This document shows, in pieces, positions 30,117-40,248 of a stretch of DNA of 64,000 nt (position 1 is the first letter of the stretch; each line of letters begins with the position of its first letter). Location of the stretch: positions 13,771 to 77,770 of the forward strand of contig CAWFVZ010000002.1 in the NCBI GenBank assembly GCA_963819355.1, read 5' to 3'. The notes under the pieces are model-generated. The model was given only the letters and a program-made list of their open reading frames with translations. It was not told the DNA's origin and did no database searches. This DNA is from an uncultured Alphaproteobacteria bacterium. Lineage in GTDB: Bacteria; Pseudomonadota; Alphaproteobacteria; Rhizobiales; Xanthobacteraceae. The position numbers were made by a program, and so were the translations under genes.

Positions 30117-30632
30117 TTAACCCCGCGCCTTGCTCCAGTCCGGGACGACCGCCCCCGACACGCCTTCGAACGCACCGTCGACCAGCTCGAACACCAGGAC
30201 GCGCGCGGCATCGACCGGGCCCGGCAAGGTAACGCGGCCCTTGGGCACCGGCTTGAAGCCGACGCGGCTGTAATAGGGCTCGTCGCCGACCAGCAGCACG
30301 AGGCGGTGACCTTTGTCCCCGGCGTCCTTCACCGCGCGCTCCATCAACAGGCGGCCGATGCCGCGGCTGCGGAACGGCGGCTCGACGGTCAGCGGTCCAA
30401 GCAGCAGCGCCGGCGTCTCACCGATCAGGATCGGCAATTGCCTGACAGAGCCGACCAGCAGCGTACCGATGCGGGCGGTGAAGGAGACGTCGAGCAGATG
30501 GTCGACATGCTCGCGGATGCGATAGGCGCTGAGCACGAAACGGCCGGGACCGAAGGTGCGCTCGTGCAGCCGCTCGATCGATTGGGCGTCGCCCGGGACT
30601 TCAGGACGGATGGTGACGGAGAGATCGGTCAT
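30117..30632 (-). CDS. GNAT acetyltransferase (YhbS-like)
   Basis: LGPLTVEPPFRSRGIG, LVGDEPYYSRVGF. Confidence 0.9.
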   Translation of the reverse strand: MTDLSVTIRPEVPGDAQSIERLHERTFGPGRFVLSAYRIREHVDHLLDVSFTARIGTLLVGSVRQLPILIGETPALLLGPLTVEPPFRSRGIGRLLMERAVKDAGDKGHRLVLLVGDEPYYSRVGFKPVPKGRVTLPGPVDAARVLVFELVDGAFEGVSGAVVPDWSKARG

Positions 30633-30639
30633 ATCAGCA

Positions 30640-30690
30640 TAGCGTTTTCGAGCGAAGTGGATCCCGGTTCGCGTTGAGAAAACGCGTCAA
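30640..30690. repeat. RIME/REP-like element (AGCGTTTTC family), copy 1
   Basis: AGCGTTTTCGAGCGAAGTGG...GGTTCGCG..GAAAACGC. A related copy lies at 59434-59493. Confidence 0.75.
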
Positions 30691-30741
30691 TGCAGGAAGC
30701 GGAGTAGCATCTGCGCATGTGGAGGTCCATGGGCGTCGCGC

Positions 30742-31683
30742 TCAACTTCGGTCCCTTTTCGGCGCCGGCTGGGACAAATAGGCCAGCATCTTCATCTCCC
30801 GCCGCCCCCGCGTGACCGTGTCGAGCACGAGCCCCGATGAGACCGACAGCAACGCCATGATCGTCAATCCCATCGACAGCACGGCGGTCGGCAGGCGCGG
30901 CACGAGGCCGGTTTCGATGAAGGTGACGACGATCGGGATCGCAAGGATGATCGCGGCCAGTGCCAGCAGGATCCCGATCACGGTGAAGAAGCGCAGCGGC
31001 CGCTCCGAGCGGTAGAGCTTCAGCATGGTGCCGAGAATGCGGAAGCCGTCACGCCAGGTGTTGAGCTTCGAGAACGAACCCTCCGGCCGCGCGTAGTAGG
31101 GCGTCTCGACCTCGGCGACCGGCAGCGACAATTCCAGCGCGTAGACGGCGAGCTCGGTCTCGATCTCGAAACCGTCGGAAAGGACGGGAAAGGATTTGAC
31201 AAAGCGGCGCGAAAAAACGCGGTAGCCTGACAGGATGTCCTTGAACTCCTGTCCGAAGGTCGACGACAGGAATCCGGTCAGCATCCGATTGCCGGTGCGG
31301 TGGCCGAGGCGGTAGGCCGCCTGCGACTGGTCGATGCGGAGCCCGACCACCATGTCGAGATGCTCGTCGAGCAGCTTGTCGATCATGCGCGGGGCGCTCG
31401 GCGCGTCGTAAGTGGCGTCGCCGTCGACCAGCACGTAGATGTCGGCCTCGATGTCGGCGAACATGCGGCGCACGACATGGCCCTTGCCCTGCCGCCGCTC
31501 GCTGCGCACGATCGCGCCGGCGTCACGCGCGACGGCAGCGGTGCGGTCGCGCGAATTGTTGTCGTAGACATAGATCTCCGCCGCAGGCAGCGCGTTGCGG
31601 AAATTGGCGACGACGGCCGCGACCGCCGCCTCCTCGTTGTAGCAGGGCACCAGCACGGCGATGCGGGGTTGGGTCGATGTCAT
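30742..31683 (-). CDS. GT2 glycosyltransferase (GtrB/DPM-synthase-like)
   Basis: PCYNEE, YDNNSRD, QGKG, VDGD, two C-terminal TMs. Confidence 0.92.
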   Translation of the reverse strand: MTSTQPRIAVLVPCYNEEAAVAAVVANFRNALPAAEIYVYDNNSRDRTAAVARDAGAIVRSERRQGKGHVVRRMFADIEADIYVLVDGDATYDAPSAPRMIDKLLDEHLDMVVGLRIDQSQAAYRLGHRTGNRMLTGFLSSTFGQEFKDILSGYRVFSRRFVKSFPVLSDGFEIETELAVYALELSLPVAEVETPYYARPEGSFSKLNTWRDGFRILGTMLKLYRSERPLRFFTVIGILLALAAIILAIPIVVTFIETGLVPRLPTAVLSMGLTIMALLSVSSGLVLDTVTRGRREMKMLAYLSQPAPKRDRS

Positions 31684-32831
31684 CGCGGCAGCGCTCCCAG
31701 ACTGGCCGGTTCGCCTCGGACCGATGCAGCCTCCCGCACCTCGGCCGGCTGCAAGAGCCGGGCAAACGACAGCGTCCACAGCGACAGCATCGCGATCGGC
31801 ACGACGTAGTACGGCGTGAAGATCGGATGGCTCAGGAAGAAGCCGAGATTGACGACGAGGTTGCCGGCAACGACGAAGGCAGCCTGCCGCACATGCCCCG
31901 CGCCGGACCATAACAGCGAGAGCGTCGCGCCGACCGCAAGCACGATCAGCACGATCTGCATGTCGCGCAGGTACTGGCCGAGCACGGCGAGGTCCAGACC
32001 CGGCGCGACCACGTCAGCGCTGCCATAGGTCGTCGCCAGCGCACTGCCGGCGTTGATGGCCTGGGCGGCCAGCGTCGGCGCCATGCCGACGAGCACGCCG
32101 GTACCGAAGGCGAGGCCCTGCACGAACGTCGCAAGCGAGCGCATCCACAGGAAGGGAATGTCGAGGAACGGGAAATAGCCGGCCGCGAGCAGGGCATTCG
32201 GCAGTCTGAAATTGACGGACGCACCGAGCAGGAGGCCGATCAGCGCGATCAGCAAGACGCTGCGCTTGTCTCTGGCCAGCCACAGCGCCGTCAGGAAGCC
32301 CGCGACGGCGCACAGCGCCATGGTCGGCGCCACCGAATAGCTCGCTTTCGCCGGATTGACCATGAGATAGACCGCAAGCGCGCCGAACACGCCGGCACCG
32401 ACGATCGACGGCAGCGTGCGCGCCATGACAATGCCTGATAGCGCGAGGCCGAACACGATCAGGCTCGCGGCAATGTAGAGCGGCACCACCTGGTGGCCCT
32501 GCGGAAACAGCGCCAGCAGAAACCCGGTGCCCGGCGGATATTGCATCACGACCTTGCCGTTCGACATCGGATAGTGGCAGGGCCAGCGGATCGGATCCTT
32601 CCACCCAGCGAAGCCGATCTCCTTCATCTTGCCCTCGAAATAACGATCGTCGTTCCTGACCGCGTTGGTGTCGAGCCCACCGGCGCCGAAGCGCTCGAAC
32701 AGATGCGTCTGCCTGAGATAGCAGATGTCGTCATAGACCCCGCGCGCCTCGCTCCAGCGCGACATCGTGACGATGTTGCTGGCGAGGATCGCGAGGCAGA
32801 TCAGGCCGAAGGCGAGTTTGGCGATTTTCAT
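31680..32831 (-). CDS. polytopic membrane protein, possible GT-C fold transferase
   Basis: First TM followed by a loop with YDD..Y, then about 9 TMs. ATGA overlap with the GT2 gene. Confidence 0.6.
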   Translation of the reverse strand: MKIAKLAFGLICLAILASNIVTMSRWSEARGVYDDICYLRQTHLFERFGAGGLDTNAVRNDDRYFEGKMKEIGFAGWKDPIRWPCHYPMSNGKVVMQYPPGTGFLLALFPQGHQVVPLYIAASLIVFGLALSGIVMARTLPSIVGAGVFGALAVYLMVNPAKASYSVAPTMALCAVAGFLTALWLARDKRSVLLIALIGLLLGASVNFRLPNALLAAGYFPFLDIPFLWMRSLATFVQGLAFGTGVLVGMAPTLAAQAINAGSALATTYGSADVVAPGLDLAVLGQYLRDMQIVLIVLAVGATLSLLWSGAGHVRQAAFVVAGNLVVNLGFFLSHPIFTPYYVVPIAMLSLWTLSFARLLQPAEVREAASVRGEPASLGALPR

Positions 32832-32879
32832 CCGGTTTCCGTGGCGCGCTTTGGTGTAGGTTACTAGCACAGCCCACCC

Positions 32880-33371
32880 TCAGCGCCACGTCACCATCAG
32901 CGGCTTGCCGCCGAGCACTTCCGCGAGCCGCAGCCGCGTGCCGGGCGTGGTCCCCTCGGGCAGCGCGGCGCTATCGAAGAACCCGCACTCGATGATCTCG
33001 CGGTTGGGCGCAGGCAACCGGTCCTGCCGGAAATGCCTGACCACATAGACCGCGACATGGTCGCGGCGGGAGATGTGGCTGTTGAGGAAGATGCCGTGCA
33101 GCACGGCCTCTCCCGTCAGGTCGATATCGCCCTCCTCCTTGAGCTCGCGGCGCATCGCCTGGTCCAAGGTCTCGCCATAGTCGACGCCGCCGCCCGGCAG
33201 ATACCAGCCCGAGACGTAGCTGTGCTTGACCAGAAACACCTTGTTGTCGGCGTCGAGCACCACGGCGCGGACGCCGAGCGTCATGCCGCGGACCAGCAGG
33301 AAATAGGCGTGGAAGACACGCCGCAGCAGCGGCTCGAATCTCCGTCGGATCTGGTCCAGACGTTCCCCCAT
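32880..33371 (-). CDS. Nudix hydrolase
   Basis: LPGGGVDYGET....RRELKEEG. Confidence 0.9.
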   Translation of the reverse strand: MGERLDQIRRRFEPLLRRVFHAYFLLVRGMTLGVRAVVLDADNKVFLVKHSYVSGWYLPGGGVDYGETLDQAMRRELKEEGDIDLTGEAVLHGIFLNSHISRRDHVAVYVVRHFRQDRLPAPNREIIECGFFDSAALPEGTTPGTRLRLAEVLGGKPLMVTWR

Positions 33372-33463
33372 CAGGCTCTCTTGGAGCACCCTTGCAGGCG
33401 TCCCTTGCGCGATGTCGGCGACCTTGCCATTACAGCAAGCGAATAGCGAGGCAATCGCGCGCC

Positions 33464-34345
33464 ATGGCACCTTTCACGCTCGCCCATCTGTCCGACCCAC
33501 ATCTGCCGCCGCTGCCGAAGCCGCGGCTGATCGAGCTCGCGGGCAAGCGCGCGCTCGGCTACGTCAACTGGACGCGCAACCGCCACAAATACCAGCGCCG
33601 CGACGTACTCGACGCGCTGGTCGCCGACATCAAGGCGCAAGCGCCCGACCACATCGCGGTGACCGGCGATCTCGTCAATCTGGCGATGGAGGCGGAGTTC
33701 GCACCGGCGCGCGCCTGGCTCGACGGGGTCGGCCCGCCCGATCGCGTCACCACGATTCCCGGCAATCACGACGCCTATGTCCGCGCCACCACGCATCGCT
33801 TCGGCGAGACCTTTGCGCCTTATCTCGCGAGCGACGACGGCAGCATCGGCTTTCCCGCCATCCGACGCCGCGGGCCGGCCGCGCTGATCAGCCTCTCCAG
33901 CGCCGTGCCCACGCTGCCCCTGATGGCGACGGGCACGCTTGGGCGCGATCAGCTCGACGCGCTCGAACGGGTGCTCGACCAGCTCGCAGCCGAGGACGTG
34001 TTCCGCGTGCTGCTGGTGCATCATCCCCTGAAGTCCAACGCGCGCCACAAACGGCTGACGGATTCCGCCGCGCTGCTGGCGTTGCTCAGGCGTCACGGCG
34101 TCGAGCTGGTCCTGCATGGGCACGACCACATCCATTCGACGATGTGGTTCGAAGGCCCCAACGGCAACATTCCCTCGATCGGCGTGCCGTCGGCCTCCGC
34201 GCTGGCGCACGGGCGCTATCCGGCGGCGGCGTATAATCTGTTTGCGATCGAGAAGGACAATGCCGGCTGGCGCTGCGAGCAGATCGTGCGAAGCCTTGAT
34301 CATGGCTTGCAGATCCGCGAGATCAAGCGCGCGCGGTTGATTTGA
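33464..34345 (+). CDS. metallophosphoesterase
   Basis: SDPH, TGD, GNHD, HH, GHDH motifs. Confidence 0.92.
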   Translation: MAPFTLAHLSDPHLPPLPKPRLIELAGKRALGYVNWTRNRHKYQRRDVLDALVADIKAQAPDHIAVTGDLVNLAMEAEFAPARAWLDGVGPPDRVTTIPGNHDAYVRATTHRFGETFAPYLASDDGSIGFPAIRRRGPAALISLSSAVPTLPLMATGTLGRDQLDALERVLDQLAAEDVFRVLLVHHPLKSNARHKRLTDSAALLALLRRHGVELVLHGHDHIHSTMWFEGPNGNIPSIGVPSASALAHGRYPAAAYNLFAIEKDNAGWRCEQIVRSLDHGLQIREIKRARLI

Positions 34346-34384
34346 GACGCGCGCGTCGGCGCGAGCACGGACGACGGAGAGCAA

Positions 34385-34939
34385 TCACCAGCTCCGCAAC
34401 GCCGCAAGCACAGCGACGCCGAACAAGGCCGCGACACCAAGGATGAATCCGAGCACGAACGGCCAGATCCGCGAGCGGCGGGGCGGCTCCGTGACCGCCG
34501 GCTTCGGCTCGGGCAGGACCACCATCGCGTGCTCGCGCTCGATCATGCGGCGGGCGACGTAGTCGGTCACGGCCTCGACGATTATGGAGGTGTCGTGCGA
34601 TTCGGCGAGCACGATGCGGCCGAAGCGGGTGTCCTGGACGAAGCGGTACAGCCGCTTGTCGCGCCCCATCATGATGTGGGCGACGACGTCGATCCAGAGC
34701 CTCGGCGTATCGCCCTGGCTGATACCGCGGTCGAACAAATCGATCTGATCCGGCACCTGCGCGAACAGGGGATCGAGCGCATCGTTGAGGATCTCGAGCC
34801 GCGCCACCTCGGCGTCCCTGAGATCGACGACGACGCCGGTCCGGTCGGCAGCCTCGATCCGCGCGCGCAACAGCGCATCGCGCAGCCGCACCGGGCGCGG
34901 CTGGCTGGGATGGGTCCCGCTGGTCTCGGGCTCTGACAT
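34385..34939 (-). CDS. conserved hypothetical protein with C-terminal TM
   Basis: High-GC codon usage, plus PRLWIDVVAH and IARRMIEREH type motifs. Confidence 0.75.
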   Translation of the reverse strand: MSEPETSGTHPSQPRPVRLRDALLRARIEAADRTGVVVDLRDAEVARLEILNDALDPLFAQVPDQIDLFDRGISQGDTPRLWIDVVAHIMMGRDKRLYRFVQDTRFGRIVLAESHDTSIIVEAVTDYVARRMIEREHAMVVLPEPKPAVTEPPRRSRIWPFVLGFILGVAALFGVAVLAALRSW

Positions 34940-35129
34940 GGTCGGCCTCGTCCTCGACTTTCCGCCATTAACCTATCAGCAACCACAGCGTCCGCAAAGG
35001 GCCCATAATTCCAGATACTTACGGCGCCAACAGGCCGTTGATGTGTGCCAAAAACAGACGATCCCACCCGGCTTGCGCCGGATGGGACCCTCCGTCCTTG
35101 GACGTCTTCTTGGATTTGTCAGGCAGCCG

Positions 35130-35336
35130 TCAGGCCGAGACCCGCGACGGCTCTTCCACGATCGAGAAACGGACGCCGGCCTTGTGGCGGTTCTCTTCCG
35201 AAACCGAGCGCCAGGCATCCTCGGCTTCCTTGCGGGTCTTGAACGGACCCTGCACCTGAGCCGAGCCTTCGACGAGCTTGTGGAAGTTCATCGAACCGAA
35301 CTCGCCGCCGATCACCCAGAAATTGCTGCTGGTCAT
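35130..35336 (-). CDS. DUF4170-like small protein
   Basis: FWVIGGEF...GPF..R.EA...W. Confidence 0.8.
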   Translation of the reverse strand: MTSSNFWVIGGEFGSMNFHKLVEGSAQVQGPFKTRKEAEDAWRSVSEENRHKAGVRFSIVEEPSRVSA

Positions 35337-35359
35337 TGTCAGTCTCCTGTCGCGGTGCG

Positions 35360-36994
35360 TTAGCCGAACTGGTTCATCGTGTTGTGGGCGCCGCCCGCCT
35401 TCAGGGCAGCTTCGCCGGCGAAGTATTCCTTGTGGTCGTCGCCGATATCGGAGCCGGCCATGTTCTGATGCTTGGCGCAGGCGATGCCCTGACGGATCTC
35501 CTGGCGCTGGACGTTCTTGACGTAGCCCAGCATGCCCTGCTCGCCGAAATACTCGCGTGCGAGGTTGTCGGTCGACAGCGCTGCGGTGTGATAGGTCGGC
35601 AGCGTGATCAGATGGTGGAAGATGCCGGCACGCTTGGCCGAATCCGCCTGGAAGGTGCGGATGCGCTCATCGGCTTCAATGCCCAGCGGCGTATCGTCAT
35701 ATTCCGGCTTCATCAGCTCGGCGCGGCTGTACTTCGAGACATCCTTGCCGGCTTCCTTCATCGCGTCGTAGACCTGCCAACGGAAGTTGAGCGTCCAGTT
35801 GAACGAGGGCGAGTTGTTGTAGGCGAGCTTCGCGTTCGGAACGACCTTGCGAATGCGGTCGACCATCTTGGCGATCTGCTCGATATGCGGCTTCTCGGTC
35901 TCGATCCAGAGCAGGTCGGCGCCGTTCTGCAGCGAGGTGATGCTGTCGAGCACGCAGCGATCCTCGCCCGTGCCGGCGCGGAACTGGTAGAGGTTCGAGG
36001 GCAGCCGCTTCGGACGCAGCATCTTGCCGTTGCGGTTGATGATGACGTCGCCGTTGCGGGCGTTCTCCGCCGTCACTTCCTCGCAGTCGAGGAAGCTGTT
36101 GTACTGGTCGCCGAGGTCGCCCGGCTTGTGGCTGACGGCGATCTGCTGCGTCAGGCCGGCGCCGAGCGAGTCGGTGCGGGTCACGACGACGCCGTCTTCG
36201 ATGCCGAGCTCGAGGAACGCATGGCGGCAGGCGCGGATCTTCGCCAGGAAGACCTCGTGCGGCACGGTGACCTTGCCGTCCTGGTGACCGCACTGCTTCT
36301 CGTCCGAGACCTGGTTCTCGATCTGGAGGGCGCAGGCGCCGGCTTCGATCATCTTCTTGGCGAGCAGATAGGTCGCCTCGGCGTTGCCGAAGCCGGCGTC
36401 GATGTCGGCGATGACGGGCACGACGTGGGTCTGGAAGTTGTCGATCTTCGCGATCAACTCCTTCTCGCGGGTCTTGTCGCCTTCCTTGCGCGCCTTGTCG
36501 AGGCTACGGAAGATATCGTTGAGCTCGCGGGAATCCGCCTGACGGAGGAAGGTGTAGAGCTCCTCGATCAGCGCCGGCACAGAGGTCTTCTCGTGCATCG
36601 ACTGGTCGGGCAGCGGTCCGAATTCGGAGCGCAGCGCCGCGATCATCCAGCCGGAGAGATAGAGGTAGCGGCGATCGGTCTTGCCACCGAAGTGCTTCTT
36701 GACCGATATCAGCTTCTGTTGGGCGATGAAGCCGTGCCAGCAACCCAGCGACTGGGTGTACTTGGTCGGATCGGCGTCATAGGCCGCCATGTCGCTGCGC
36801 ATCAGCGCCGCGGTGTAGCGGGCGATGTCCAGACCAGTCTTGAAGCGGTTCTGGATGCGCATGCGCGCCACGGCCTCGGCAGAGACGCCGTTCCAGGTCG
36901 GCTGGGTCTTGAGGAGCGCCTGGGCCGCCTCAACTTCGCTCTGATACGAAGCCGGACCCTGGAGGGTGTTCAAGCCACGGGGCTGATAGTTCAT
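35360..36994 (-). CDS. aceA: isocitrate lyase
   Basis: YLSGW, ADIDAGFG, IENQVSDEKQCGHQDGKV, RTD, AYNNSPSFNW. Confidence 0.97.
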   Translation of the reverse strand: MNYQPRGLNTLQGPASYQSEVEAAQALLKTQPTWNGVSAEAVARMRIQNRFKTGLDIARYTAALMRSDMAAYDADPTKYTQSLGCWHGFIAQQKLISVKKHFGGKTDRRYLYLSGWMIAALRSEFGPLPDQSMHEKTSVPALIEELYTFLRQADSRELNDIFRSLDKARKEGDKTREKELIAKIDNFQTHVVPVIADIDAGFGNAEATYLLAKKMIEAGACALQIENQVSDEKQCGHQDGKVTVPHEVFLAKIRACRHAFLELGIEDGVVVTRTDSLGAGLTQQIAVSHKPGDLGDQYNSFLDCEEVTAENARNGDVIINRNGKMLRPKRLPSNLYQFRAGTGEDRCVLDSITSLQNGADLLWIETEKPHIEQIAKMVDRIRKVVPNAKLAYNNSPSFNWTLNFRWQVYDAMKEAGKDVSKYSRAELMKPEYDDTPLGIEADERIRTFQADSAKRAGIFHHLITLPTYHTAALSTDNLAREYFGEQGMLGYVKNVQRQEIRQGIACAKHQNMAGSDIGDDHKEYFAGEAALKAGGAHNTMNQFG

Positions 36995-37135
36995 GTGCGT
37001 GCTCTCTCTCGACATTTATGACAGTGCATTGCGAAGTGCGTGACATGAGCTAAACGCGAGAAAGAGAAGTTCGTATAGAGGCCTTGTATTTGAATGGTGA
37101 TGTCATGTAACATAAGAACATGTAATAGATGTAAT

Positions 37136-37152
37136 TTTGTAAAGTTTGTAAA
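37136..37152. promoter_or_regulatory. putative RamB-type sites
   Basis: Two TTTGTAAA units in the AT-rich aceA/ramB divergent region. Confidence 0.5.
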
Positions 37153-37192
37153 AATATAGGTCAATAAGACTGCCCTTAGTGGCTGTGGAGAC

Positions 37193-38644
37193 GTGAAGAT
37201 GCCCGCCGAGCCCGGGAAAAAACTGTTCGTCGGCCCGCGCTTCCGGCGGATCCGGCAGCAATTGGGGCTGTCCCAGACCCAGATCGCGGAGGGGCTCGGG
37301 ATCTCGCCGAGCTACATCAATCTGATCGAGCGGAACCAGCGCCCGGTGACCGCGCAGATCCTGCTGCGGCTGGCCGAAACCTATGACCTCGACCTGCGCG
37401 ACCTCGCGACCGCCGACGAGGACCGCTTCTTCGCCGAGCTGAACGAGATCTTCTCCGATCCGCTGTTCCGGCAGATCGACGTCCCCAAGCAGGAGCTGCG
37501 CGACCTCGCCGAACTCTGTCCCGGCGTCACCCACGCGCTGCAACGGCTCTATGCCGCCTATACCGAGGCACGCCAGGGCGAGACGCTGGCGGCAGCCCAG
37601 ATGGCCGACCGCGACGTCGGCACGCGCTATGAAGCCAATCCGGTCGAGCGCGTGCGCGAGCTGATCGAGGCCAACCGCAATTACTTTCCGGAACTCGAGC
37701 AGGCTGCGGAGACTCTTCGCGACGAGCTGAACGTGCCGGCCGAAGAGCTCTATGCCGCGCTCGCCGTGCGCCTGCGCGAAAAACATTCGATCCAGACCCG
37801 CATCATGCCGGTCGACGTGATGCGCGAGACGCTCCGGCGGTTCGACCGCCATCGCCGCCAGCTCCTGATCTCCGAGCTGGTCGATCCGCCCGGCCGCGCC
37901 TTCCAGCTCGCCTTCCAGCTTGGTCTCGGCGAATGCTCGCAGCATCTCGAGACCATCATCGGCCGCGCCGGCCCACTCGACGACGCGCCGCGGCGTCTGT
38001 TCCGCATCACGCTCGGCAACTATTTTGCCGCCGCCGTGATGATGCCCTACCCGGCGTTCCTGGCTGCCGCCGAAGCGCTGAACTACGACATCCATTTGCT
38101 GGCGCAGCGCTTCAATTCCGGCTTCGAGCAGGTCTGCCATCGGCTTACCACGCTGCAACGGCCGAACGCGCGCGGCATTCCGTTCTTCCTGTTGCGCGTC
38201 GACAATGCCGGCAACGTGTCAAAGCGCTTTTCGTCCGGCACGTTTCCGTTCTCGAAATTCGGTGGCACGTGTCCCTTATGGAACGTGCATTCGACCTTCG
38301 ACACGCCCGATCGCCTCCTGAAGCAGGTGATCGAGCTGCCCGACGGCACGCGCTATTTCTCCATCGCGCAGATGGTGCGCCGACCGGTGGCGCCGCACCC
38401 GCTGCCGCAACCGCGCTTCGCCATCGGCCTCGGCTGCGAGATCCGTCACGCGTCACGCCTGGTCTATGCCGCCGGCATGGACCTCGAGAAGACGGAGGGA
38501 ACGCCGATCGGCGTCAACTGCCGCCTCTGCGAACGCGAGAACTGCGCCCAGCGCGCCGAGCCGCCAATCACGCGCACGCTGATCCTGGACGAGACGACGC
38601 GGCGGGTGAGCTCGTTCGCGTTTTCGAACGCGCGGGAGTTGTGA
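37193..38644 (+). CDS. ramB: XRE-family short-chain acyl-CoA regulator (RamB/PrpR-like)
   Basis: HTH (LGISPSYINLIERNQRPVT), RVDNAGNVSKR, GGTCPLW, C-terminal CRLCERENCAQRA. Divergent from aceA. Confidence 0.85.
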   Translation: MKMPAEPGKKLFVGPRFRRIRQQLGLSQTQIAEGLGISPSYINLIERNQRPVTAQILLRLAETYDLDLRDLATADEDRFFAELNEIFSDPLFRQIDVPKQELRDLAELCPGVTHALQRLYAAYTEARQGETLAAAQMADRDVGTRYEANPVERVRELIEANRNYFPELEQAAETLRDELNVPAEELYAALAVRLREKHSIQTRIMPVDVMRETLRRFDRHRRQLLISELVDPPGRAFQLAFQLGLGECSQHLETIIGRAGPLDDAPRRLFRITLGNYFAAAVMMPYPAFLAAAEALNYDIHLLAQRFNSGFEQVCHRLTTLQRPNARGIPFFLLRVDNAGNVSKRFSSGTFPFSKFGGTCPLWNVHSTFDTPDRLLKQVIELPDGTRYFSIAQMVRRPVAPHPLPQPRFAIGLGCEIRHASRLVYAAGMDLEKTEGTPIGVNCRLCERENCAQRAEPPITRTLILDETTRRVSSFAFSNAREL

Positions 38645-38683
38645 GGGGCGGTTGCGTGTTGGCGGAAGGCGCGCTCCACAACC

Positions 38684-38720
38684 TCGCTGTCGTCGCGGCG
38701 AAGGCCGGGACGACACGGAG
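38684..38720. repeat. REP-like palindrome remnant
   Basis: TCGCTGTCGTCGCGGCGAAGGCCGGGACGACA. Confidence 0.55.
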
Positions 38721-38738
38721 GGAGAGCTCGCACTTACC

Positions 38739-39032
38739 TCACGCCAGCGTATGCACGATCACCGGCCCCGCCGCGGCGCTCGCATGCCCCGCCAGCAGCG
38801 AGCCCAGATCCTTTTCGATCCAGGCAATCGCACGCCGGTTCGCCTCTTCCGCCTGCTCGAACTTGTCGAAGATCGAAATCGCGGTCACCGTGTCGTCGCC
38901 GGCATAGACCACGTAATAGGCCCTGAAACCGTCGACATCGCTGATGATCGGAACGGCGCCGTCCTTGATGCGGCGCGCCAGCTCTTCCGCGCTCCCGCTT
39001 TTCGCCTTGGCCTGACGGATGGCGGCATACAT
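38739..39032 (-). CDS. small dimeric alpha+beta barrel (ABM-like) protein
   Basis: GFRAYYVV...AISIFD motif and GGAGGA SD. Confidence 0.75.
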   Translation of the reverse strand: MYAAIRQAKAKSGSAEELARRIKDGAVPIISDVDGFRAYYVVYAGDDTVTAISIFDKFEQAEEANRRAIAWIEKDLGSLLAGHASAAAGPVIVHTLA

Positions 39033-39259
39033 GGCATCCTCCTCCGGCTATCGATGTGGGCTTGGTGCCCGTCCTTGATGTTACGCCGAAGCGCGGACCG
39101 GGGATACCCTTCTTGGTTAACCCGGGACTAATCCACCTCCGTGATCTGCAACCAACGATTAAGCACGCCTCAACATCGGCGCCTTAGTCTTGCCCCACTC
39201 ACTTTTCGCAAACAACGGCGGTCTATCCTGCCGGGCGAAGTGACATCAGGGGGTTCATC

Positions 39260-40072
39260 ATGCGCATTGCGTTGCTGCTGACCGCGACCATTGTCGGCGC
39301 GCTGTTCGCCAATCCATCCAACGCCGGCTCGCTCGACGTCGCGTCCGCCGATGCCGCGAAGGCGCTGGCGCCCGGCTTCCAGAGCTATCGCGGCTACATG
39401 TTCGACGTGTCGGAGAATTCCGATCGCAAGGACGTCGACAAGCTCACCGACAATCTGAAACAGCAGATCGACCTCGTCGAGGCTGCCGGTTTCTCCCCGC
39501 GCGTGCTGCGCTTCTTCCATACCGTCCCGATCATCGCAAGCGAGCTGGCCTGCCTCGACGAAGGCGCTGCGACTGCGTGCTACGGCCGGGTCACGCCGGA
39601 CATCCAGCGCACCGCGCCCCGCGCACTGACGGTGTGGGACCACGACAAGCAGCGCTGGACCAATCCGAATGCCGTCGACCTCGCGGTCGATTCGGGTCTC
39701 GGCGTGATCATGGTGCGGCCGGACATGATGCGTTACGAGAAAGAGGCCGTGCTGCTCCACGAGATGCTGCACGCCTATCACGCGCGGCTCTTGCCCGACG
39801 GCTACGCCAACAAGGGCGTGATCGGCCATTACGCCTATGCCAAGTCCAAGGATTTCCTGCCCAAGGAAGCCTATGCGCTGAAGAACCACATGGAGTTCTT
39901 TGCGGTGACCGCCAGCATCTTCCTGGCCGGCAGGAGCGAGGTCCACGATCCGAAGAGCCGGGAAGCGCTCAAGGAGAAGATGCCGGACTATTACAAATAC
40001 CTGGTCGGCGTGTTTGGCTTCGACCCCGATCCGGCGGCTGCTTCGAACGGACCGGTCGCCTCGTTGAAATAA
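39260..40072 (+). CDS. secreted zincin-like metalloprotein
   Basis: Signal peptide, HEMLH, downstream EFFA. Confidence 0.7.
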   Translation: MRIALLLTATIVGALFANPSNAGSLDVASADAAKALAPGFQSYRGYMFDVSENSDRKDVDKLTDNLKQQIDLVEAAGFSPRVLRFFHTVPIIASELACLDEGAATACYGRVTPDIQRTAPRALTVWDHDKQRWTNPNAVDLAVDSGLGVIMVRPDMMRYEKEAVLLHEMLHAYHARLLPDGYANKGVIGHYAYAKSKDFLPKEAYALKNHMEFFAVTASIFLAGRSEVHDPKSREALKEKMPDYYKYLVGVFGFDPDPAAASNGPVASLK

Positions 40073-40107
40073 GGCGGACGCAGCGCATCTCACGCCAGAC
40101 CAACGCC

Positions 40108-40134
40108 AAAAGCCGCGCGGGATGCGCGGCTTTT
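40108..40134 (+). terminator. intrinsic terminator
   Basis: AAAAGCCGCGC-GGGAT-GCGCGGCTTTT. Confidence 0.85.
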
Positions 40135-40248
40135 CTGTTTTGTAAACCGGAAGCTGCGGATGACGCCCGACTGGGAATTGCCAAGGCGGGGCCCGATCTG
40201 CATAGTCCCGCCGCATCGATTGGGACTGTTTCGAAGAGGATAGAAGAC

